Assembly (NCBI RefSeq): GCF_006345805.1
Contig: NC_043011.1
Span: 58,726,464 to 58,790,463, forward strand
DNA length: 64,000 nucleotides
From: Octopus sinensis
Lineage: Eukaryota
Direction: 5' to 3'
Positions 1 through 12,865 of the stretch are shown in pieces; the first letter of the stretch is position 1, and each line of letters opens with the position of its first letter. The notes under the pieces were generated by a model that had not been told where the DNA came from, searched no databases, and worked only from the letters and a program-made list of their open reading frames with translations. A program made the translations under genes and the position numbers.

Positions 1-1415
1 CTCATATAAAGAATCTTGCAAACCAAATCCAAAAACGAAATATTTCTTTTTCTTTCATGTTCTTACTTTCGGTTTTTGTTGTTAACATATTCCAAAGACA
101 GTGTGTCTAATTACAGTGACCCTGTCTTACGTCCGCGAGAAAGTGTGCTTCTACCAACGTACTTTAATTCTTGTGCGGTAAATGGTAAAATGTTAGAGTG
201 GTCCGCTTCGCAGGAATACGGAAATGCATTAAGATTTAGAGCGGTGAACGATGTTAACGAATAGACTTTTATTGCTGAACAATAACTTGGGAAACTCTTT
301 GTGCTGCCGCATAATATCCATTATATTACCAAACACTACCATTCCGAACAGATTTTTCTATTTTATACATGAAATATACATAGCAAGTCTTCGCGCGAGT
401 CTTATATATTGGATGAATAATTTGTATTCTAGTAAGAACAAAATTTATATGAATGTATTTCTTTTGAGGGCAATATATGTTCGCTACTTTTATCTCTCTT
501 TGAACACGAGTGTCAAAAATTATTTTTATTTCATCTCACCTTTTCATAAGGATATTGGAATAATTGCACAAGTTGTCAAAAGAAATTCGAGACTGACCTT
601 ACGATTTTTCTTTCATTCGATTCGATAAAACGGTAGAAATTAGGTGTCATTCTTCCTTTCGACTAGTTTCTGACTACTTTCTTAAGTAAATGAAATAAAT
701 ACGACGCGGTGTCTCTCATTACGGTTAGCTCAAGTGACTTACACATGTTAGTTGAAATGTTTCTTTAATATTGTAGCGTAGAACAAACAACCACGAGAGC
801 AATCATAATAACAACAAACAGAATGAGTGATTTACACGGCAACTTAGTAAAAGCGAACTTGCAATTGAAAAGAAGAACATAAATAAATAAACGAAAAACC
901 TGAGAAATCTAACAGACGAGTAAATCAAACGAATATTCCGTGACATAAGCGGCAACGCTAATAATAGCGTCTCTAACATTCATGGGAACAAGGTTAAATA
1001 TTGTAATGTTGGAGCGAAATGTTTCAAGCATTGGCTTCGGCATATAACTGGTACATCACAATACATGATCAGTACCCTCTTGGAATGTGAGGTATGAAAC
1101 GTAACGTACACTTTACTGGGAATTCCATTACTAATTTAATGGAGTGTTACTGAATGTTAAACTTATTTTGTACTGTACCATCCTATTGGTGTATTCGATA
1201 ATATAAACACATACATTAAACCACACAATTACATAGTTTCACAATGAACTATGTCAAGTTTATAATGTGAGAGGAAGATATGAAAAAGGATGTAAATAAA
1301 AAATTATACCTCCTCGAGTGAATTCAAGACATAAAATTTCATTACCTTTCTCAAAGTAGTTATGGTGGCAATACTTCTGCAGCCAAGTTAGTGTCAATGT
1401 TTATTTTTTATCGAT

Positions 1416-1425
1416 ATGAATAAAT

Positions 1426-1478
<53 letters not shown>

Positions 1479-1490
1479 CAGTTTTATAAC

Positions 1491-1521
<31 letters not shown>

Positions 1522-1539
1522 CATATGTATATTTATGCA

Positions 1540-1580
<41 letters not shown>

Positions 1581-1692
1581 TATGTATATATATATAATAT
1601 ATAATATATATGTATAATATATATGTATATATATATGTATATTATATATATGTATATATATATGTATATACATATATATACATATATATATA
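1416..1692. repeat. Interrupted (TA)n microsatellite, representative of dozens in the window
   Basis: Similar tracts at 8270-8520, 18250-18320, 18715-19050, 25120-25300, 27035-27185, 35095-35230, 41150-41440, 42510-42740 and 49140-49230. Confidence 0.97.
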
Positions 1693-1820
1693 TGATTTTT
1701 AGTGGTAAGAAAGCCTGACCACTTATTTTATATGCCTGTTACCTTAGTCATTCTTTCTTTCTTTCTTTCTCCCCCTCTCTCTCTTTCTGTGTGTGTATAT
1801 ATATACATATATATATATTA

Positions 1821-1855
<35 letters not shown>

Positions 1856-1904
1856 AGAGAGATAGGTGAGGGATTTCCGCGTAGTTTCTCCCTAGCATAC
1901 TCCA

Positions 1905-1976
1905 GTGACCAATGACAGCGAATCAATTGAGCCAACCAATCATTGCTAGAAATACCTCCAACCCAGTGCCACGTAA
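1905..1976. promoter_or_regulatory. Possible cis-regulatory cluster
   Basis: Two CCAAT boxes 27 bp apart (1909, 1936), TGACAG (1913) and GCCACGTA (1968) in a locally GC-richer, non-repetitive patch. Confidence 0.2.
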
Positions 1977-2085
1977 TGGAACCAAAATCGCAGAACCTTG
2001 TGATTTTGAATATACTTTATGAAAGCCAGACCTACATCTCTGGCTTTCATTGGTGCTATTTTCTTTTACTTTGAATTGAACTCAC

Positions 2086-2157
2086 CACGGAATTGTAGGA
2101 AACTGAAATAAAGTCAGACATCTCCAATAGGCTATTCCTTCTTTCATTCTGCAATGT
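2086..2157 (-). CDS. Candidate 72-nt internal exon of an unidentified gene
   Basis: Acceptor tttatttgtttcag and donor CCGTG|gtgagt. Phase 0-0 frame TLQNERRNSLLEMSDFISVSYNSV. No homology recognised. Confidence 0.28.
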
Positions 2158-3483
2158 CTGAAACAAATAAAATGTACAAACAGTTTTTATTAAAGTGCAG
2201 CTTCACCCTGTAGAAAACAGTTGTCAACGATAAAGAACTATTGCGTTTTGGCTTGTTTTGTTTTCCGTTATTTTGTGAACGTGGCTGGGTTTAAAAGTGC
2301 CAAAGGCTAGCTGGCCTGATTTATATTCCCAATGTAATTAAAAGACATGAATTAAATAAACTATATATCAAGTAAAACCTCAAATGAAGTTTACACAGAT
2401 ACATCCTAATTAAAAAAAAAATGTTCCATTTATTGTTTTTCAAATTTATGTTATTTTCTTTATTTCTGTATTTATATATCAAGTGTTTTTTGACTACTAA
2501 TTGTTACTTCCTAGAAAGCCATCAGCAATCTATATCGGCTGCATTTCACATGCCACATAGTATTTCAGAAAGTTGTGTAAATTATTAGTTTTTCTCCTTT
2601 TTTATCGAATGTTTTTCTTTTATTATTTTAATTTACGGTATTTTATTTTCTTATTTGTTGCGAGATGTTTTTTTTTCCTTATCTTATTTGCCGTGAAATA
2701 TTTTTACTGAAATTATTTCGCTACTTCGTCGACTGAAATGTGCTATGAATATTCACGTTCCAATCCAGATACAAACTGATTGAGATTTTCATTGTTTGAG
2801 GCTAAGTTTGTTTTTCTTCTTCTTCTTCAATACTGTTATCAGCAAGATAAGGTAAAACTGCCGAAACCCAGATGGACCCCAAGATATAAAAAAAATAGTT
2901 GCCAGAATGTTACAATAAAACAAAAACGTAAGCTGGGTTAGAAGCAAAACTAGAAAATAATAACTTTCAAACATATATTAATTTCTTTGTTTATTCAATT
3001 ACAGCACTGGCTCCCAAACTGGGGCACACTTATCCCTAGGGTCCCAAAAAGTAGTACTGGTGATCAGTGAACTAAATTCAGAATTTCATATATATATTAT
3101 ATATATATATATGTATATTTCTATCTTTGTTTTGTATTTATGACGTCCTGTTTTTGTCATTATTATTATCATTATTCTTCTTACGTATTATTATTATTGT
3201 TTTTACGTATTTTTGTATTCATATTCGTGTAACATCGTCCATTTTTCCGTCTTTGTTTTGTATACATTCGAAGCTTTCTTCCAAGGAATCTAATGCTCTT
3301 AGCTTAGATTTTCCTTGGAGCTGGCCAGATTGGAGCAATCTCAAGATTAATCAACCGAAATTGCGATGATGATCCGGTTCTTGACTGAAGATTGAAGGCT
3401 TCCAATGTCCCATCCGTGTTTTTTGTATCGTCTTCTAAATGTTTTGCGTTCTTGTCCCAGTTTGTATTTTTTACACACACACA

Positions 3484-3547
<64 letters not shown>

Positions 3548-3549
<2 letters not shown>

Positions 3550-3760
3550 AAGTTATTCCAAACAAGAAAGCACAAAAAAACACAACAACGCGAGGACGTG
3601 GAACAAATATAGTATTATTGGACGCTCAGGAAAGAAGGAAAGAAGGAGGAATTAACGTTTCGAGCGGAGCTCTTCGTTGGAAACATAGGAGAAGGAAAGA
3701 TCCAGAGAAGGGAAGACGGAGGGGAAAAAATCGCCAATGGTACACACGAGGTCACAGTTT
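3548..3760 (-). mobile_element. Short dispersed element with decayed HHR-like GAGC/GCTC-GAAACGTT motif
   Basis: Reverse complement ...tttCCAACGA-A-GAGC-TCC-GCTC-GAAA-CGTT...ctgagcgtcc...cacgtcctcgcgttg, then (TA)n. Related copies at 34900-35075 (+) and 41298-41352 (tail only). Confidence 0.6.
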
Positions 3761-4760
3761 TGACAAACATTCCATTGAAAAGAATGGCAATTTCAAATCT
3801 TCCTTGATGTGATTCGGAAGCAATGCACTAAACCAGTGCCGTGTTGAAAAACACAAGTCGTTTACTCGATGCTCTACCAATTTTGGAAGCCAAAGCCTTC
3901 GAATTAGAACGCTAATTGAGTGCCAAAATGTATTCATTAAAACACTCGACAGCCGTATTAAAACATTGTTATTTTATCTTATATTAAATATATTACTGGG
4001 TATTTTATTATTCTTTTTATGATATATTTTTTTATATTGGTTTTTGGTCTCAAAAGTTGATTTTTTTCCTGTCTAATTGTTAGTTGCAAGAAAGCCACCA
4101 GCAATCTACGTCAGCATCATTTCTGATGCCGACTACTATTATAGCAATTAACGGTGTGCCAAAAATAGAGGTTTTGTTCTTTATTTTTATTTTGGATTGA
4201 TTGTTTGTTATTGAAAATAATATTTTTTTGTGTTTAAAAGAAGTTTCTGACGAGTTATACACGCGTGCAAGTATGTATGTAAACATGCATCTATTCTCTG
4301 TATGTCTTCTCCATATGTCTAACAGTATACGGATGTATGTGCAGCTGCACGTGTACTTCTGCATGTTGTCTCCTTGCCGCATGTTCTTTTTCTCGTTGTT
4401 AGCGGGCAACTTAATGCATGTGTATGAGTTTGTCGCGTCACCTGATCAATTTTGCGTTTGTTTCTGGATGTTTGTGCGGCGCGTGAATATAATGATACTT
4501 CAAATAATACATACCGTTGCTATTATGTTAAAATGTCGTATGTCCAAATTTGGTCAAATGCGTTTTCTTTTTTCAATATTTATTTTTGCTTGCAATAGTC
4601 GGTTCGTTTTGTCAAACTATTGTATCTGCGGCTGCTTCAGTAACCAACTAACCAAGGTTAGTACAACGGTTTTGCTATGGAATAGTGAAATTATTTTCTC
4701 TGTTTCTGAAGAAAGCAACGTCTTGCACTTACGACACTTTTGAATAATAGCAACGATGTA

Positions 4761-4992
4761 TATTTCTTTACTACCCACAAGGGGATAAACACAGAGGGGG
4801 CAAACAATGACAGACAAATGGATTAAGTCGATTACATCGACTCCAGTGCGCAACTAGTACTTAATTTATCGACCCCGAAAGGATGAAAGGCAAAGTCGAC
4901 CTCGCGGAATTTGAACTCAGTACGTAACGGCAGACGGAATACGGCTACGCAGTTCGCCCGACGTGCTAACGTTTCTGCCAGCTCGACGCCTT
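4761..4992 (-). mobile_element. tRNA-derived SINE family A (tail type 1), full length with TSD
   Basis: Head GGCG.CGAGCTGGCAGAAACG (A box) and GAGTTCAAATTCCG (B box). 16-bp TSD taatagcaacgat(g/a)ta at 4745-4760 and 4993-5008. Confidence 0.9.
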
Positions 4993-6046
4993 TAATAGCA
5001 ACGATATAATGTCGCGCAAAGTCGCATACGGACGAATTATATAAAGTAGAATTATATAAACTAGAATAGCTTTAAAATAAGGATTTAAATTGAGCACGGA
5101 TTTCTTATTTGTTGGGGGTCAAGATAACATATAGCGTTCGTTTGTCTCTAGGAAGTTTAACACCACCACGAGGTAGATATTTTCCAGCAAAAGCATTCTA
5201 TTTGTCTTAATGGCGTCAGAGAAGGACGAAAATGATATATAACGTGACTTGGAAATTTCCAACGGTAAAGACCTCTTGTTTTTTTCAGGTAGAAACAAAG
5301 TCGATATGTTGTCGAGTAGGACAGGATGGAAGGAAGAAATACTGGAACCTTGCTCTGTTTATCGATCCCGAATAGGCTGATAGGAAAATTGGACGTCAAC
5401 GACAATTGAACTCAGTGGGCAGACAGGCGGAATATTTACAGCAGAGAATCGCTACGATATGGCGAACATTTCTCGTTGATGCAAAAACTATTATTTTCCA
5501 CGCTGTTTTCCTTTTAACAGAAATCTCTGGGATTTGCGTTATTAACAAAAAAGCTTGCACTTTTCCTGGCACGTATTTTGGACTGAATAAAAGATAGCTA
5601 TTGTTAAATATTTCGTGCCAAGTTTATAACAATATATTTCGGTAAGATACATTAAAGGCAATGAAACTTTCTAGATTACAATGATAAAAGGATTTGAATG
5701 GACACATGTGGAGGGAAGAAATCTTTGTGCATTCCTCAGAATTTGCTCTGCCTAATTGCGAAGAAACCGAATAAAGGAAAATCCATTTGCTGTACGGGTT
5801 TACTTTTGTTTTGAAAGGGTCACAATCGTCATAGTAAGTGCATGTCCGATGATTTAGCATACGTCTTGAGAAATGCTCACAGGCTTACCAACCCATACAC
5901 TTACGTAATGCATCCATATATATATATATTATGCTGTATTATATTATGCTATATTATATTAAATGATATTTTATATAAACTAGATGCGGAAAGTTGAATC
6001 CACGAAGATTTTTTTATTTACATCTACTACAAACATTTCGACTCAC

Positions 6047-6093
6047 CTTGCCTCTGTGCCTCAGTGTTGACGTTGACATTTGATACCCAATAA
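6047..6093 (-). CDS. Candidate 47-nt exon
   Basis: Acceptor cacgtctacag and strong donor AAG|gtgagt. Frame IGYQMSTSTLRHRGK is phase-compatible with 2086-2157. Confidence 0.2.
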
Positions 6094-6157
6094 CTGTAGA
6101 CGTGCTTAACACAGCATATTATAATTTTATACACGAATGTCATTATATGTATATGTG

Positions 6158-6234
<77 letters not shown>
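6158..6234. repeat. (TATC)n tetranucleotide microsatellite
   Basis: Near-perfect ctat repeats. Confidence 0.97.
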
Positions 6235-6467
6235 GTGTATGTGTGCGTATGCGTTTGCGTATATATGTATGCATGTATATATAGTAATAATAACAATAAA
6301 CCTACGATGGTATGTGTAAACGTGAATGCATCGCTACGCACGTTTCCATAAAGCATGATTTTAAAGATCGCATTCCGTATTCCTGGGATAATTACGGATT
6401 GTTGCCGTAAAAGTCATATGATTTGTGGAAAGTGTGTAACGATATGTTAAGTGTTTAAATTTCAACA

Positions 6468-6515
<48 letters not shown>

Positions 6516-6677
6516 ATTTATTCTGTATTATATCAATATAGCTTGATTCGAACCTGAAAAATTGGCTCCCCTCTCAGCATCATTAGACGGTGGCTGGCAT
6601 AATGGAATTGGAGCCACATTTCCATATTCAAAACGTTACCATAAGCAAATTTAAAAGATATATATATACATATGCAT

Positions 6678-6780
<103 letters not shown>

Positions 6781-6834
6781 ATATTATTTATATTATTAAA
6801 TGATTGAACACCACGCATCACCTTCCAAATATGT

Positions 6835-6865
<31 letters not shown>

Positions 6866-8256
6866 GTATGTATGCATACAATGCATCGCATGCATATATA
6901 TGTACATGAATATGCAATTGTTCGCGTGCATAATTCCATACATATGCCGTTAGGTAGTCTTCTCGGGTAGTATTTAAGCAACCATAACTTAAGTATGTTG
7001 TAAGCAGGCATGCGCCGAAACAGCGCTACATACCCTTTTCCATACTGTAATATTTGTCGACATTTGTACAGCATGGTATGAAAAGTAAACATAGATACAC
7101 TTTTTCGAAATGCAAACAAATTTCTTCATTAATTACATCATAAAGACTAAAAGAAACGAGATATAGAGAAGTAAATACTTCTTAACAATGGAACTCAAAG
7201 GGATAATAAGCTAGTATTATCTTAGGTTAAAAAGGAATCTTGGGTGAGGAACCTTTCACTATAAACATTCAAGTGTTATTTTTTGATATGTTCCTACATG
7301 GAATTCTTCATAGCTGTAAATGTATGGTTTCCCACCATTTAACATGACTTACTAGTGTTGTCTCTATTTATACAAATAAAAATTCGCTTTGTTGAAGCAG
7401 AAACTAATGAAAATATTTTCCTTGTTTAACCCTTAGACGGCGAACGTCATGAACTAATATTTCAAACTTATATTTACATGGATTCAGCCATCATGAAAGA
7501 AGAGTGATTGATTTATGGAACTTGTCTCTATTGAGATCGTTAATTTTATTCTCCGAGATACAAAACATTTCCAAAGATTTTGTATTTTTTAAAAGTAGAA
7601 ATAAGTATAAAAACTTACCTTAACAAAAAGAGGTGTGATTAACCTTTACCTGTTTCTAATATACATATATGCAGCCCTTTCATTCGTTTAAGGGTTAAAG
7701 TTAAGCATGCATTCATCGTTTAATCGTACATTCGTGAATCAATTCGTAAATTAAAATTAAGAAAAGCTTGCTAAAATAATTTTGTTATCATGAAGACATT
7801 TATATAAAACAGTGAAATTAAAATAAGAAGACAGAGAGAGTGTTTGTAGTTAGATTGGAATCTAATCAATTTTTATGTTTCTATCTGGCCTGCGAATAAT
7901 ATATCATCGTTATATTGGACATTATGTGTTATGTGAGTCTTTCGAATATGGTTGGATGAAACAGAAAGCAGAGGTATTAAATTATAATGAAAGATATCTG
8001 TCGATGCATAACGTCTGGAATTTGCTTGAAGCTCGCGGTTAGTTGACCGATCGGTATGGAATGTTGAGTCACGGAATGTTCGCAAGTAAAGACATGCATT
8101 TTGCTTATCATAGCATTTTATGTAGACAGGTAACATATAGGGAAGTATAACAAAATACTTCAAAGGAAACTTTCAAATCAAGCAAATGTTAATCGTTTTA
8201 AGCATCTGTATCTTCACATATAATGCACACACAGACACAAACACACAGACACACAG

Positions 8257-8291
<35 letters not shown>

Positions 8292-8341
8292 ATATATATA
8301 TATAAATATTTGTATATACATATATGTATATATATATATTG

Positions 8342-8377
<36 letters not shown>

Positions 8378-8421
8378 TATATATATCTGTATATATGTAT
8401 ATTTATATATATATATCTGTA

Positions 8422-8478
<57 letters not shown>

Positions 8479-8520
8479 ATATATATATATAATATATATA
8501 TATATAATATATATATATAA

Positions 8521-8734
8521 TATAGGGAGAGTTTATGACAAAACAAAAGACGAAGACAGGTGGTGTACAAAACAAACAGATGTATTAGTATGACGCTCAG
8601 GAATAGAAAAAAGTATTTTACATTTCGAGCCTACGCTCTTCTACAGAAAGGGAGACAGAAAAACACTAGGAGAGAAACCAGGAGAGATAAAATTGTGTGT
8701 AGTGGCTAACGGTCTATCATGGCGACTGACTGTG

Positions 8735-8735
<1 letters not shown>
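8521..8735 (-). mobile_element. Same element superfamily (cgtagg-loop subfamily), embedded in (TA)n
   Basis: Reverse complement TTT-CTGTAGA-A-GAGC-GTAG-GCTC-GAAA-TGTA-AAA at 8617-8649. Clearly similar along its length to 49230-49460. Confidence 0.65.
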
Positions 8736-8768
<33 letters not shown>

Positions 8769-8954
8769 CATATATAGTAGTCCATTCACAAAAAAGAAAA
8801 GAAATTTCGGTGCACATTACAAACGACTACATGCAATCACTGACGCCACAATTGTGTAATAGACATAATTTCCTATTAGAAGTACTTCAATAATGTAAAC
8901 TCAAAACATGAAATGTAGCAGTATTCATAAAAATATACTTATATGCTTGTGCGC

Positions 8955-8993
<39 letters not shown>

Positions 8994-8997
<4 letters not shown>

Positions 8998-9376
8998 CAT
9001 TGTAAGCTACACCAATGCTAGGACGGGACGACACTACATAGTGCCTAAGATCCCAGCAATGCCATCACGCTTCAGGACCAGCTTCTGCAACAGCCTGGGT
9101 TTCAAGGGACCACAGCTTTTTAATATTCTCCCAAAGAGTCTGAGGAACTTGCACAAAGTAGATGTAGTGGTTTCTAAATCAAAACTGGACATCTTCTTGT
9201 CAAGAGTCCAGATGAACCTACCTCACGGCAAGCGGTGTAAATGTGGGTAGCTGTATCAAACTCCATTCTTCAACAAGTGCCACATATTAGACGAGGTTCG
9301 TCGCAATAACAGTGTAGCACAAAACGGCGGTGCATCAGCATGGCCGCAGCTCTGAGCTGAAACTAGAAAAAAAAAA

Positions 9377-9380
<4 letters not shown>
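8994..9380 (+). pseudogene. 5'-truncated LINE (CR1/L2 group), RT C-terminal region plus 3' UTR and A tail
   Basis: GIVSYTNARTGRH...LGFKGPQLFNILPKSLRNL...KLDIFLS. Same family as 50085-50562. Confidence 0.85.
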
Positions 9381-9419
<39 letters not shown>

Positions 9420-9684
9420 TATATATATGTATATATATACATATATATAGGTGTGTGTGTGTGTTTAAATATATATATATGTGTGTCTGTAAGCGCATAT
9501 GTCGATTTATCTGTCTATATATATCTATCTGTATACCTAAATGCAAACATGCATACAGACATAGACATAAGCACACATGAGCACACAAGCATACATACGC
9601 AACACACACACCACAACTCACACAAGTACTCACGGACACACAGACACAGTTATGCATAAGCTCAGCCCACCCCTCACACATATA

Positions 9685-9848
9685 TATATATATAAGTTTG
9701 CATTTCAGCCACCACATGATCCTGGGTTCACACATTAGGCAAGTGTCTTCTATAGTCTGGGGATGAGCAAAGCTTTTTCAGTGTATTGGGTAGCACGTCG
9801 TATACACACACACACTCACACACAAACATATATGTTTGTGAGTGTGTC

Positions 9849-9888
<40 letters not shown>

Positions 9889-10010
9889 TCTGTGTGTGTG
9901 TTTGTCTGTGTGTGTATACATATATGTCAATGGCTGTATCTAATCACATCTCTCAAACACAGATCAATATCAGCTTCGGTGTCTAAAGTAGCTGGCTGTA
10001 AATAAGCACT
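9685..10010 (+). mobile_element. Degenerate SINE family B 5' half with microsatellite
   Basis: ccacatgatcctgggttca...ggcaagtgtcttctatag followed by (CA)/(TG) tracts. Confidence 0.55.
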
Positions 10011-10506
10011 TATTAAGAACAGATGAAATTTGTGTAACAGGAAAACTGTCGCAGAAATACCACTCAAATATTGCTTATGTTCTTTACTGTGGTATTTGGT
10101 TTCATTTGAATAGCTTCTTAGAGACTGGTGTGAATCAGTTTGAAAATTCAGGTGATCATAATTCTCTAAAATAAGCTAAATTGTCCATTGAATAATGTTT
10201 ATTGTCGTCTAAATTTTGCTATTCAACTCTTTCCATTTCAATCAATACTATTGTTGCTGGGATCATTTGCACATGAATAGCTTAGAAACAAAACGAGAAA
10301 CTTCTCAAAATTTAGATTAATAGATTAATCTTTCAGAGAAAGATTCAATTTATTCACGATGAAAAACTATAAAGATTATATAAGGATTACCTGAAGATAA
10401 AAAAAAAAACATAACTAATTTATAACAATGGGAGCTGTTTTTAATTATTATTACTTAAAATTTAACCCTTTTCGTTCATATATTTCTTATAGGTTAATAT
10501 CATATT

Positions 10507-10587
<81 letters not shown>

Positions 10588-10857
10588 CGTGTAAATATAT
10601 ATATATATATTAAATAAGGGTTTCCTCGTAAACTGTTTTAACATGTTCTTATTATTATTATCAAAGAATGTATATATGCATTGTAATATTTTGTGACAAC
10701 CACTACCTAACACAACAAATCTTTTACGTGTTACTTTTGACAATCTTTTTCTAAAAAAGTGAAACCGGTCAAGTGAATAAACATCTTTTAAAATTGCATA
10801 TTTAAACCTTCTTTCATATATAATTCCACACGTGCGGTACCTTAGAACTTCACTTTG

Positions 10858-10889
<32 letters not shown>

Positions 10890-10891
<2 letters not shown>

Positions 10892-11311
10892 TCTTTTTAC
10901 TCTTTCTTTTACTCTTTTTACTTGTTTCAGTCATTTGACTGCGGCAATGCTGGAGCACCGCCTTTAGTCCAGCAAATCGACCCCAGGACTTATTCTTTGT
11001 AAGCCCAGTACTTATTCCATCGGTCTCTTTTGCCGAACCGCTAAGTGACGGGACGTAAACACACCAACATCGGTTGTCAAGCAATGATAGGGGGACAAAC
11101 ACAGACACACAAACATACACACAAATACATATATATATATACATATATACGACAGGCTTCTTTTCAGTTTCCGTCTACCAAATCCACTCACAAGGCATTG
11201 GTCGGCCCGGGGCTATAGCAGAAGACACTTGCCCAAGGTGCCACGCAGTGGGACTGAACCCGGAACCATGTGGTTGGTTAGCAAGCTACTTACCACACAG
11301 CCACTCCTGCG

Positions 11312-11313
<2 letters not shown>
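10890..11313 (-). mobile_element. tRNA-derived SINE family B with internal microsatellite and LINE-like tail
   Basis: Head ggcgcaggagtggctgtgtggtaag...gggttcagtccc, then ttgggcaagtgtctt box, internal (TA)/(TG) tract, and tail ggcggtgctccagcattgccgcagtcaaatgactgaaac + (GTAAAAGA)-like repeats. Confidence 0.88.
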
Positions 11314-11351
<38 letters not shown>

Positions 11352-11402
11352 TATGTTTTGCAGTTTCAGCTCTTGAGCTGTGGCCATGGTGGCGCACCGC
11401 AA

Positions 11403-11438
<36 letters not shown>

Positions 11439-12319
11439 TATATATACACAATGGTAGTTTCGGAAACTTGTAATTATCAGTTAAAAGTTTCTTAAAGTCA
11501 TCTCATACAAATCGGAGTCCTCAAGTATTAGTATGGTAACTGTGGTTGATGTTAAACATATGCAAGTGCTTTGTATGGAGAACCTGTGATGGAAAGTCAT
11601 TCAAGAGATCTGAAGTTCTGGAAATCACACGTTGAGAAACAAGAGACGACGCGAATGTTAGAGACGTGAACGTTGTTGAATGGGAGGTCGAAGTTGTTGG
11701 CAGCGGTTGTATGTCAGTTGTTGCAGTGAAACCTATTTACTTTTCCAAATTAGTTGAACGACGCTTTACATCCAGGTTTTACAACACACTCAAACACACA
11801 CGCACGTGCGCACACATGCACACACACACACACGTATGTATGAAACCATGAATTTTCTATAAAAAATTCGTTTTTGATGTGTTTCCGAAATGATATGGAA
11901 ACGCTAAATTAATAATGATCAAACGTTCTGATTACTTCCTGTCTTTTTAATATATAAACTCTGTACACCACTTCAAAGAAAATACACACACACACACACA
12001 CACAAACAAACATTTACGCACACACATAGATACATGTACACACAAACGTACACACGTACATATATGAAACATATGTAGTCCGGGTCTTACCTACTTCATT
12101 CCTTGTATACTCTTGTATACCTGTCCGCACACACACACACACACACACACACCACACACACACACACACACATATTTATTTCTTTTAAATTTGCTTTTGG
12201 TAAAGTTTTGAAGTTTTGAATATGCAAGTTAAGATTCTATTCCATTTCACCGGCCAACATCTCGTGATGCTGACTAGTGAACCAGTTTGTTTGAGTAGGA
12301 TAAATACAATAATAATGAT

Positions 12320-12386
12320 TATTATGATGATGATGATGATGATAATAATAATAATAGTAATAGTAATAATAATAATAATAATAATA

Positions 12387-12425
<39 letters not shown>

Positions 12426-12451
12426 GAATAATAATGATAATGATAATAATG

Positions 12452-12508
<57 letters not shown>

Positions 12509-12526
12509 GTGATGATGATGATGATG

Positions 12527-12573
<47 letters not shown>

Positions 12574-12865
12574 CCTAGGATTCAATTTATAAACATTTAA
12601 TGCCTGGCTACGCGCATTTCCTCAAATCACATGACTTTTAAGATTACAGTCCGAATTCCTATGATGATTGCAGTGTGCTCCTTAGAATCCGTGACCATCC
12701 GGTTCATCATCGTCATTGATTCATTTCTTCAGGCGATATAACATTCGTGGATTAACCATGGAGGGATGCTCTCTGCTCTGTTTACCAGTATTAAGGTGAA
12801 GCCAGTTCTGTGGTCATTTCTGTGTGTATTTGGTGAGGTGGAGTGGAAGGTGGTGGAGCCCACAC
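12320..12865 (-). mobile_element. Retroelement 3' end with long (ATT)n tail
   Basis: aaaagtcatgtgatttgaggaaa motif followed on the minus strand by about 250 bp of (ATT)n/(ATC)n. Homologues at 6365-6515 (+, also with an (ATT)n tail) and 13040-13350 (+). Confidence 0.6.

Noticed and set aside
7613-7635. Recursive-splice-like (Y)nAG|GTAAGT site; similar AG|GT sites at 5288, 10391, 30895, 40816 and 44354
   Set aside because: They occur on both strands, and a handful is plausible by chance in 128 kb of AT-rich strand sequence. Saw-tooth nascent RNA data would be needed.
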